Source: Pyrolobus fumarii 1A (GTDB lineage Archaea; Thermoproteota; Thermoprotei_A; Sulfolobales; Pyrodictiaceae). Taken from it: a DNA stretch of 32,000 nt. Where the stretch lies: NCBI RefSeq assembly GCF_000223395.1, contig NC_015931.1, forward strand, positions 930,001-962,000, given 5' to 3'. This document shows, piece by piece, positions 8,817 through 16,189 of the stretch; the stretch's first letter is position 1, and each line of letters opens with the position of its first letter. The translations under genes were made by a program, and so were the position numbers. A model generated the notes under the pieces. That model made no database searches, had not been told where the DNA came from, and saw only the letters and a program-made list of their open reading frames with translations.

Positions 8817-9576
8817 GAGCGGTGCAAGGATACTATGGGTTGTGACTGGTGCCGGGAGCTGGCTCCGAGAAGCAGCCGGAATAGCAGCTGCTCTCGCAAA
8901 GTTTCATCGTGTAACCATTGCGTTGACTAAGGCTGGGTATGAAGTTGCAAGGGTCTTCGGGGCTCTCGGTTTATTGAGGCTCGCGGCGCCAGGCGGGTAT
9001 TATCGCGAGCTTGTAGTTGAAGCGTCGGCTAGCGGCTTGCCAGTCGTGAACAGAGTATCTGCAAAGAGCTATGATCTCGTCGTTATCGCGCCTGCATCCT
9101 CCAACACTATCGCTAAGATAGCGTATGGAGTTGCGGATAACCTGGCGTCCAGCGTTGCTAGCCAGGCTTTGAAGAACCGCGTGCCTCTTGCAATTGTGCC
9201 TAGCGAGTGGCCCGACGGTGTAGAAACCGAGCTGCCGTGTCGTGTTGACAGAAACCTTTGTGTAGGCTGTAAGGCGTGTATACCGGTCTGCCCTGTAGGT
9301 GCCATAACACTCGTTGAAGGCAAGGCACGTATAGAGCTGCAAGAGTGTGTCGGGTGTACTAGGTGTGTCGCAGCATGCCACGTTGGCGCAATCAAATGCT
9401 TCGATAGGGTCAAGGTGAGGCCTAGTAGAATTGATATTGAGAACTTGGAGAGAGTGAAGATGTATGGTGTTGTGGTTCTGGAGAGGCCGCTTCAAATCCT
9501 CAAGTGGGTATCTTCCATGGGGTATTGTGTCCCGGGCTCTTCGTTTATAGGAGGGAATGGCGGGTTGACGGAGTAA
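8767..9576 (+). CDS. Flavoprotein domain (AfpA/DmrB/CoaC-type) fused to a 2x[4Fe-4S] ferredoxin domain; DmrX-like candidate pterin reductase
   Basis: ILWVVTGAGS ... VVIAPASSNTIAKIAYGVADNL is the flavoprotein-family signature. CVGCKACIPVCPVGAI and CVGCTRCVAACHVGAI are two ferredoxin cluster motifs. An alternative in-frame start is GTG 8803. Confidence 0.6.
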   Translation: MQRSYSRCSRDIVESCKSGARILWVVTGAGSWLREAAGIAAALAKFHRVTIALTKAGYEVARVFGALGLLRLAAPGGYYRELVVEASASGLPVVNRVSAKSYDLVVIAPASSNTIAKIAYGVADNLASSVASQALKNRVPLAIVPSEWPDGVETELPCRVDRNLCVGCKACIPVCPVGAITLVEGKARIELQECVGCTRCVAACHVGAIKCFDRVKVRPSRIDIENLERVKMYGVVVLERPLQILKWVSSMGYCVPGSSFIGGNGGLTE

Positions 9577-9582
9577 CAGCGG

Positions 9583-10431
9583 GTGTGTGGGGTAACCCGG
9601 GTCTTGCCTTTCGGCAAACAGATGTTCACTGGGTGTAGTAGGGAGGATGTTGCGCCAGCCGTGCTTCTAACGAGCCTTGAGGAGGTCTACGAGGAGGCTA
9701 GTAATAAGCTGAAGAGCGTGTCTGGCGAGGTTCGCGGGCGCGGGGGCTTCGCATCCCGTAAGGGCAAGTATCACAACATCGAGATCATGGTGATGAAGAC
9801 GCCTATAGGTGCGCCTGCGACAGCCATCGCGCTAGAGGAGCTGTACAGGCTAGGTGCTAGGATATTTGTAAAGGTTGATACAGCGCTGGGCTTGCAGAGG
9901 AAGCTGCGCCCAGGCACCCTCATAGTGCCTATTGCTGCCGTGCGTGCCGAGAGTGTATCAAAGTACTATGCGCCGGCCGAGTACCCTGCAATACCAAGCT
10001 ACAAGTTCCTCCAGGTGCTAGACAAGGTGACCGTGCGCGGTAGTGGCGTAGAGCCCACCCCGACGGTGGTAATGAGCACCGACATGTTCTATCTAACGGT
10101 ACGAGAGGAGTACGAGAGGTGGGCTAAGCTCGTTGGAGCTGTAGATATGGATACAGCCGCGCTATACACCATCGCGCAGGTAAGAGGTCTTCATGCTGGC
10201 GCGCTGCTCGTGATAGACAGTAGCGTGTGGAGCGGGCCGCGCGAGGAGGTCTGGCTAGAGGAGAGTGAAGAGAGTGTTGTGAAGACGCGTGAAGAAGTGA
10301 TAAGTACGCTGCGCACGGCAGTCAACCTTGGTCTTGAGGCTCTCATAGTGATGTACGAGTATCTGAAGTCGGAGAAGGCTATTGAGCGACTGGAGAAGAC
10401 ACGTGGACAGAAGAGGCTTGTCTCGCTATGA
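9583..10431 (+). CDS. PNP/UDP-family nucleoside phosphorylase-like protein (divergent)
   Basis: The family layout is retained: AVRAESVSKYY (R-x-E/D-G-x-S region), MSTDMFY and VGAVDMDTAAL (EME-like). The G-x-G-x-PS and GTxG motifs are altered (TPIGAPAT, VDTALG). Confidence 0.6.
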   Translation: MCGVTRVLPFGKQMFTGCSREDVAPAVLLTSLEEVYEEASNKLKSVSGEVRGRGGFASRKGKYHNIEIMVMKTPIGAPATAIALEELYRLGARIFVKVDTALGLQRKLRPGTLIVPIAAVRAESVSKYYAPAEYPAIPSYKFLQVLDKVTVRGSGVEPTPTVVMSTDMFYLTVREEYERWAKLVGAVDMDTAALYTIAQVRGLHAGALLVIDSSVWSGPREEVWLEESEESVVKTREEVISTLRTAVNLGLEALIVMYEYLKSEKAIERLEKTRGQKRLVSL

Positions 10432-11558
10432 GCGTGGGAGCCCCCTTACCAGTAACGTGGAGTGAGAGGTTCACGAAGTTTTTCTTCTCAAGTAGCGATG
10501 AAGTCAACAAGGCCTGGATGGAGCGCATGAAGACATATCGGCGCTACCTTGACGAGACCGGGCTGGCACGATGCTGCGTAGAGTTCTTGGAGCCACGCGA
10601 GGCCCCATTAGAGCACATAAAATGGGTGCATGACGAGGAGTTTGTAGAGATGCTCTTAGAGGCTGATAAGCTACCGTCAGCAGTCGTGATAGACTATGGT
10701 GATACGCGTGCCTATCCCGGCTTCCTCAAAGACCTCCTACTGATAATAGGCGGTGAGGAGATACTTCTGGACCACCTTGTGGAGAGGGGACGTGTAGCCG
10801 GCTACCAGCCTTTTGGAGGCCTCCATCACGCGGCAAGTAGGAGAGCTTCAGGATTCTGCCCCGCCAACGACATTGCGGTTCTAATAGAATACGCTAGGAG
10901 GAAGTACGGCTGGAATAGGTTCGCCGTGATAGATATAGACGTGCATCATGGTGACGGTACACAAAGCATATACTGGAACGACCCCACAGTACTCGCGATA
11001 AGCTTCCATGGCTACTCGCCAGGCTTCTATCCCGGCACTGGCAACTACAATGAACTGGGAGGCGACCGCGCCAAAGGCACAAAGCTCAATGTCCCGCTTC
11101 CGCCCGGCACGGGCGACAAAGCATTTCTTACAGTATTCGAGCGGCTTGTGCCAGAAGCACTCCGCATATACCGTCCAAGACTCATAGTGGCGCAGCTAGG
11201 GGTGGATGGCCACCGAGACGATCCTCTAGGCATACTGATGCTAACAACAACTAGCTATGTACAAGCAACCAAGATGTTGAGAGAAGTTGCTGAAGAGATA
11301 GGTGCTGTTCTTGTCGGAGTAGGTGGTGGGGGCTATGGTGTTAGCGCGTCGCGTGCAATGATAGCAGAGACTGTAGGACTCATAGGCGGGCTTGACAAAC
11401 TACCTCCCGATGTAAGGGTAAGGGTAGAAGAGCTAATGGATCCTGAACCGACAAGTGATCCGCCGCAACGCGTGCAAAGCTTAGTGGAGCTAGCGGATCT
11501 TCTCCTCCAGAAGCTTGAGGAGGCGGTAGCCCCAGAGGAGGAAGAGGAAGAGAACTAA
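10428..11558 (+). CDS. Histone deacetylase / acetylpolyamine amidohydrolase (AcuC) family protein
   Basis: GGLHHA, DIDVHHGDGTQ and GVDGHRDDPLG are class I/II HDAC-fold zinc-site motifs. The start overlaps the upstream stop (ATGA). Confidence 0.85.
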   Translation: MSVGAPLPVTWSERFTKFFFSSSDEVNKAWMERMKTYRRYLDETGLARCCVEFLEPREAPLEHIKWVHDEEFVEMLLEADKLPSAVVIDYGDTRAYPGFLKDLLLIIGGEEILLDHLVERGRVAGYQPFGGLHHAASRRASGFCPANDIAVLIEYARRKYGWNRFAVIDIDVHHGDGTQSIYWNDPTVLAISFHGYSPGFYPGTGNYNELGGDRAKGTKLNVPLPPGTGDKAFLTVFERLVPEALRIYRPRLIVAQLGVDGHRDDPLGILMLTTTSYVQATKMLREVAEEIGAVLVGVGGGGYGVSASRAMIAETVGLIGGLDKLPPDVRVRVEELMDPEPTSDPPQRVQSLVELADLLLQKLEEAVAPEEEEEEN

Positions 11559-11626
11559 AAACGCGAGTTGTACGTTTGTTCTGTTATCTGTTTAATGGAT
11601 GAGGAGGGGATATTAAGCTGAGAAAA

Positions 11627-11675
11627 GTGATGACTCGGTTCTCGGCCGATGCTGGCCCCCTCGCCGCGGCCCTGA
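11627..11675 (+). ncRNA. Candidate C/D box sRNA (weaker model)
   Basis: GUGAUGA (11627-11633), 12 nt, CCGA (D'-like, 11646-11649), 3 nt, degenerate C' UGGCCCC, 12 nt, CUGA (11672-11675). Box spacing is canonical, but C' is poor and there is no terminal stem. Confidence 0.4.
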
Positions 11676-11751
11676 GAGCCGCTGTTGCGGCATAACTGTG
11701 AGGGGCCGTTCTGGGGCTCCCGCCCCTCGCCGCCACCCTGAAAACAATTGT

Positions 11752-13434
11752 TTATGCTTGTAGCCTCAGCCTCTTGACGACAATGTTCCTGTCCAGCAGT
11801 GATAGTAGTGGAGCTGCTCTCGGGCCACTATCACGACCTACGAATATCTTGTAGAACCAGCGGTAGAATTCGCGCCTCTTTTTCGCGTCAAGGTCTTCCG
11901 TAGCCTTCATGAGAGCGTTCTTTATGTTCTCCTCGTTCCAGTCCTCGAGCGCCTCTAGTAGCGATGCTGCTTTCTCGAACTTCTCTCGCACCCAGTCTGG
12001 TAGCTCGACGCTAGGCGGCTCCTCGAGTATATCCACTCTCATCTGGCTCGGTGCATACTTCTCCATCCAGCGACGTGCACGAGGAATCAGTGCACGTAGC
12101 CTCTCAACGTCATAGCTTGTCGGGTCGCGTGGCATGTGGCCAGTGCGCTGCAGCCTCTTCAGCGCCTCCTCAAACGCCTCATTATCGTCCAGCTTGCGGA
12201 GCAGCCATGCCAGGATGGCAACGTGTGTGTATGGGGGTTGCGCAGGCAGCTTATCTGGTATGTTCTCCCAGGATAACAGGCTGTAGAAGTAGCTCTTCGC
12301 TAGATGAGCATCTTGCTCTTTGTCGCCGGTCGACTCGGCACCGTAGAATATGCGTTCAGCCTGGTACCACGCATTGTAGTAGTTTGGTATGTCGCGTAGG
12401 CTGAGCGTCACTTTCCTCATGGGAGGTACGCGGAGGTATAGGAAGCGGAGCACCTCAGGATGGGCCACCTCTAGCCACTCGCGAGGCGTGAAGCCCTTGA
12501 AGTCGCTGCTGGACATGTCTGTCTCTTCGCCCGTTGCGGGGTCCCTGTAAGCGACCCACTCGTAGGGCGTGCCCATCGGCGGTTTCATCCGGAAGACGTT
12601 CACTGCGAGATCCTTGGCGGAGTCTCTGCTACCACCTGGCATTGCGTGGTCCTTGCCGTATGGCTCGAAGTCTACTCTTAGCGCCCACCAGACACCGACC
12701 CACTCTAGCCTCCAGTTCAACTTGCCCTCGGTTAGCGGGGCCTCCCCCGTATACCCGCAATGCTTACACTTGTATACTACGGTGTCGCCCTTGATCTCGA
12801 TGGATTCTGTAGTGTCGATCCTCCCGCACCTCGCGCAGATAGGCTCGAATGGTATCCAGCCGGGTGGGTACGGGTTCCTCCCACGGTACTTGTTGAGAAT
12901 CTTCCGTATCTCCTCACGCTTCTCGATACTAAGCCTCGTGAAATCGAGTAGACTTCCACGGTACAGGTCGGTAGTTGTTACAACTTCTACCTTCCCATCA
13001 GTGAAGTCTTTGAGATAGGGGCCAAAGTCCTCCCAGTAATGATCAACCCAGTTGTCGTGGCAACCTTTGGGATCCGGCACGCGTATCAAAGGCCATCCGG
13101 TGTACTTTCCGCAGGCCTCGCGTGGGTCTGGGAACTGCGCACACTGTGGCTCTTTGCCTTTCCACGCGTCCTGCGTGTAGAGAGTGATGAACTGTCTTAT
13201 CCTCCATCCGCGCGCTTCAAGAATGCGTCGAACAACCTCTGGTATTACGACCTCGCCGCGAAGCCTCCCAACATGCTGAAGTCCCGAGACGCTCAAGCCG
13301 CCGTTAAATACAAACTCCTCCTTGCCCTCCTCCCGTTTACGCTCCTCCAGGAACCTCTCAACTTCCTCTGCTAGCTCCTCTATCCAATGGCGATACCAAC
13401 CCCAGCGCTCCTCTAACTGTTTCAACGCGATCAT
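11752..13434 (-). CDS. lysS: Lysyl-tRNA synthetase, class I (archaeal type)
   Basis: HIGN-like VSGLQHVGRLRGE, zinc-ribbon insert CARCGR...CKHCG and KMSKS-like DMSSS. The maximal ORF reaches GTG 13506. I prefer ATG 13434 (MIALKQLEERWGWYRHWIEE) because the 24 extra residues look non-protein-like and a TTTAAT box lies about 35 nt upstream on the minus strand (13474-13469). Confidence 0.88.
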   Translation of the reverse strand: MIALKQLEERWGWYRHWIEELAEEVERFLEERKREEGKEEFVFNGGLSVSGLQHVGRLRGEVVIPEVVRRILEARGWRIRQFITLYTQDAWKGKEPQCAQFPDPREACGKYTGWPLIRVPDPKGCHDNWVDHYWEDFGPYLKDFTDGKVEVVTTTDLYRGSLLDFTRLSIEKREEIRKILNKYRGRNPYPPGWIPFEPICARCGRIDTTESIEIKGDTVVYKCKHCGYTGEAPLTEGKLNWRLEWVGVWWALRVDFEPYGKDHAMPGGSRDSAKDLAVNVFRMKPPMGTPYEWVAYRDPATGEETDMSSSDFKGFTPREWLEVAHPEVLRFLYLRVPPMRKVTLSLRDIPNYYNAWYQAERIFYGAESTGDKEQDAHLAKSYFYSLLSWENIPDKLPAQPPYTHVAILAWLLRKLDDNEAFEEALKRLQRTGHMPRDPTSYDVERLRALIPRARRWMEKYAPSQMRVDILEEPPSVELPDWVREKFEKAASLLEALEDWNEENIKNALMKATEDLDAKKRREFYRWFYKIFVGRDSGPRAAPLLSLLDRNIVVKRLRLQA

Positions 13435-13605
13435 CTGTGCAGCCCCCAAGTCCCGTAGAGCCGTCCCGAGGATTAAACCGAGGAGTTCGAACCAAACGTA
13501 TACCACGGGAATGAATGTTTACAACATTTTGCAACTATCGTTTGTGTACACATGTGTAAATACTCCGGCAGTAGTGTATGTCTAAGGTGAGGGCGCTAAA
13601 GACGT

Positions 13606-13899
13606 ATGTTGTGCGGCGAGGCTATGCATGTAGTCAAACTTTTGCTCGATAAGTTCGTCGCATTGACGAACATGAATGTAAGAGGTGTTAAGGTGGTTGT
13701 CAAAAAGCGTGTCTATGACAAACAACAACTCTATACCATGCATTATCTTGTTCTTCTTGTTGAGGCGTGTAAAGGCCATAACTGTGGTAAGTACAAGGTG
13801 CAAGGGATTGTCAGTGAAATGTGCGACGTACTTGGGTTGAAGGTAGTTAGCTGTGGTGATCGCGAGGAGTGCCTCCTAGTCTGGAGGGGTGTGGGTTGA
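13606..13899 (+). CDS. Hypothetical small Cys-containing protein in an AT-rich patch
   Basis: The 97-aa track ORF is lysine-rich and carries CKGHNC and C...C...C spacings. A TAAATA box lies at about 13556 and AAGGTGAG upstream. I recognise no homolog. A 73-aa antisense ORF (13582-13803) competes with it. Confidence 0.3.
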   Translation: MLCGEAMHVVKLLLDKFVALTNMNVRGVKVVVKKRVYDKQQLYTMHYLVLLVEACKGHNCGKYKVQGIVSEMCDVLGLKVVSCGDREECLLVWRGVG

Positions 13900-13904
13900 A
13901 CGGA

Positions 13905-13961
13905 GGCTCAGCACCCAAAACCGTCTTCACTAGTTCCGCCAATCGAGCCCTCATCATAGCC
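13905..13961 (-). ncRNA. C/D box sRNA (2'-O-methylation guide)
   Basis: The minus strand reads GGCU-AUGAUGA-gggcucgauugg(12)-CGGA-acua-GUGAAGA-cgguuuugggug(12)-CUGA-GCC. It has perfect C and D boxes, recognisable D' and C', exact 12-nt guide spacers, a short GGC/GCC terminal stem and an intergenic location. Confidence 0.8.
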
Positions 13962-14122
13962 GTAGTCTCGAGTGGAGCCGCGGCCTCTAGCCGGACGGGG
14001 CCGCATCGAGCCGCCGACGCGGCGGCCTTGCGGCCCCGGGTCCTACCAGTCCATTACGGTGGTCGCCACGCCGGTTTTTCACTCTCGGTGCGGCGTAGCT
14101 AACAGCGGGAGGTCGCTGGGTC

Positions 14123-15241
14123 GTGCCGTTACGCAGTCCCCTCTACCAGTTGCACCGTGAGCTTGGTGCGGTATTCACTGTGTTCGCGGGTTGGGAGCAT
14201 CCGGTCGACTATGGCAGTGTTGTTGAGGAGCATCTTGCCGTGCGTAAGCGAGTTGGAGTCTTCGATTTGAGCCACTTGGGTAGGATAATAATCTCGGGAA
14301 GTGACGCGAAAGAGCTTCTCGAGAAGCTCGTGCCGCGTAGACTTGCCGGAAAACCTGGTGTTGTTGACGGTCCGACTGCCTTCCTTGACGAGAAGGGGGG
14401 TTTCATTGACGATGTGCTGCTCTACCCACTGTCTAACGGCGAGTGGATGATAGTCGCTAATGCCGCTAGTAGGGAGAAGGATATCGCGTGGCTCCAGCAG
14501 TGGGCTAGGAGGCTCGGCCTCGATGTTGAGATAAGGGATGAGACGTTCAGCATGGCGCTTGTGGCTGTTCAGGGTCCGGAGTCTCTCCGAGTACTTGGCC
14601 GTGTCGGTCTCGATGTGGCGACACTCGAGTCGCTAAAGAGGATGGAGTTTGTTGAGAATCTTGACTCGCCGTTCGGGAAGTTGCGTGTCGTGTCCAGGAG
14701 TGGATGGACTGGTGAGGATGGCTTCGAGATATATGCGGATCCTGATACATCTGCAAAGCTCTTCCGTGCACTTGTCGAGGCTGGTGCACGCCCATGCGGG
14801 TTGGGCGCCAGAGACTCACTGCGCATGGAGGTGGGTTTCCCCCTCATAGGCGACGAGCTTGGCCCTGATGTTACGCCAATCGAGGCCAGGTATTGGCTTG
14901 TGCTTGATATGGGCAAGGTTGCTAGCGGCGAGTGTGTTGGATGCGATGCCGTATGGAGAAGACTCCTTGAGGGTGTTTCGCGTGTAAGGCTGGGCGTTAA
15001 GCTTGGCAAGGGGGTTAGGCTAGTACCGCGTAAAGGCGACAAAATACTCGTTGGCGATGTGGAGATAGGTAGAGTGACTAGTGGCGCCTACTCGCCCATA
15101 TTGGAGAGGGGCATAGGCCAAGCGTACATTGACGCGGGGCACGCTCTGCCCGGGCTAGAGGTTGTCGTCGAGAGGGGCAAGAAGCGCGTGAAAGCCAAGC
15201 TAGTCGACTTTCCATTGATTAAGCTTGGTGGCCGTGGATAG
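14123..15241 (+). CDS. gcvT: Glycine cleavage system T protein (aminomethyltransferase)
   Basis: SPLYQLHRELGAVFTVFAGWEHPVDYGS...EHLAVRKRVGVFDLSHLGRI...GWTGEDGFEI are canonical GcvT motifs. Confidence 0.9.
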   Translation: MPLRSPLYQLHRELGAVFTVFAGWEHPVDYGSVVEEHLAVRKRVGVFDLSHLGRIIISGSDAKELLEKLVPRRLAGKPGVVDGPTAFLDEKGGFIDDVLLYPLSNGEWMIVANAASREKDIAWLQQWARRLGLDVEIRDETFSMALVAVQGPESLRVLGRVGLDVATLESLKRMEFVENLDSPFGKLRVVSRSGWTGEDGFEIYADPDTSAKLFRALVEAGARPCGLGARDSLRMEVGFPLIGDELGPDVTPIEARYWLVLDMGKVASGECVGCDAVWRRLLEGVSRVRLGVKLGKGVRLVPRKGDKILVGDVEIGRVTSGAYSPILERGIGQAYIDAGHALPGLEVVVERGKKRVKAKLVDFPLIKLGGRG

Positions 15242-16175
15242 CCCAGTACCTCTTTCTCAGCTCCTCCAGGAACTCTTCAAACTCGTCTGGAGGCAGGTTA
15301 AGCGCTGCAAGTATGCACGTGGTGACCGCGTCGTCCTTTTCTCCAACAAGCCCCATAGTAGCCTCTAGAGGATAGCCAAGCAGCCCTGCTAGCTTCTGGA
15401 TCCTCTTACGTTCAAGCCTTTGCAGCTCCCGGGCTATCGCCCTCCCGACACTCCGTGCAGCTGCAGAGGAGAACACTGCTATAGTAACGCTCCACAGTAC
15501 TATGCCTATAGCCATGAGGACCATTGTCAGGGCTTTCCCGGCGGTGGTCTTAGGCACAATATCGCCGTATCCCACGGTCGTTATGGTGACTATCGTGAAC
15601 CAGAGGGCGTCGAAATAGGAGTGTACACTGTGTCCCGCTTCAACGGCATAATATGCGAGTGAACCAGTGGTAATCGTCATAGCGAATAGCGCGAATATTG
15701 GTGAGAGTGCGAGCCCTCTTATGAAGCCGCGTAGCAGCCTGGCAAGGTCGCTCCCATAAGCCAGCATTATAGCGACCCTGGCTATTCTAGCGGCCCTCAC
15801 AATGCTCGATGCGAGCGGGTTTGTGTCAACGGCAACAAGAGGGATCATGCCTGGTATCTCCCACGCGGTCATCACGATATAGCTCATAGGGTATGGGGAG
15901 AGCGCAACACGATACGCATATGCTAGTAGGGCAGCCAAGCTCATGTAGAAGTCGATGGTGTAAAGCGTGGGGCTTGGGGGCGCCAAGGCAGCCACTATAG
16001 CGAAAAAGCCAAGGTAAACCTCGAGTATGTCAAATACGTACCTTGCCAGTGGCTTGTGAGGGCCAGTGGCGAGTGCAGCCAGCGCCTCCCCTCTGGCGGC
16101 CACAAGCGACCCCGGTATCACCAGGCCAGTAACTGCCCCCTCACCAAGCCTCCTACCATGCGAGTGGTGCCGCAC
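15219..16175 (-). CDS. Voltage-gated-type (6TM) potassium channel, KvAP-like
   Basis: Selectivity filter TITTVGYGD and an S4-like IVRAARIARVAIML with Arg at every third position. The C-terminal PDEFEEFLEELRK resembles the KvAP tail. Convergent 23-nt overlap with gcvT. Confidence 0.85.
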   Translation of the reverse strand: MRHHSHGRRLGEGAVTGLVIPGSLVAARGEALAALATGPHKPLARYVFDILEVYLGFFAIVAALAPPSPTLYTIDFYMSLAALLAYAYRVALSPYPMSYIVMTAWEIPGMIPLVAVDTNPLASSIVRAARIARVAIMLAYGSDLARLLRGFIRGLALSPIFALFAMTITTGSLAYYAVEAGHSVHSYFDALWFTIVTITTVGYGDIVPKTTAGKALTMVLMAIGIVLWSVTIAVFSSAAARSVGRAIARELQRLERKRIQKLAGLLGYPLEATMGLVGEKDDAVTTCILAALNLPPDEFEEFLEELRKRYWAIHGHQA

Positions 16176-16189
16176 CCCGGGTGTAGAGT

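Noticed and set aside
8971-9495. 174-aa and 114-aa minus-strand ORFs
   Set aside because: They are antisense to the flavoprotein-ferredoxin gene, whose motifs are unambiguous in the plus frame.
12051-13018. Several plus-strand ORFs of 63-149 aa
   Set aside because: All lie antisense inside class I lysS. They have no motifs and biased composition.
13962-14122. tRNA, RNase P RNA or SRP RNA in the GC-rich spacer (the minus strand shows ...CCGCGGCUCCA and GAGAGUGAAAAACCGG...GUAAUGG)
   Set aside because: I could not build an acceptor stem or cloverleaf. There is no T-loop (GTTCRANYC), no GAGGAAAGUCC-type CR-I and no GGAAG...AGCA SRP helix-8 motif. It is kept only as an unexplained hairpin finding.
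14547-15042. 90-aa and 157-aa minus-strand ORFs, and 14649-14849 on the plus strand
   Set aside because: These are antisense or alternative frames within gcvT.
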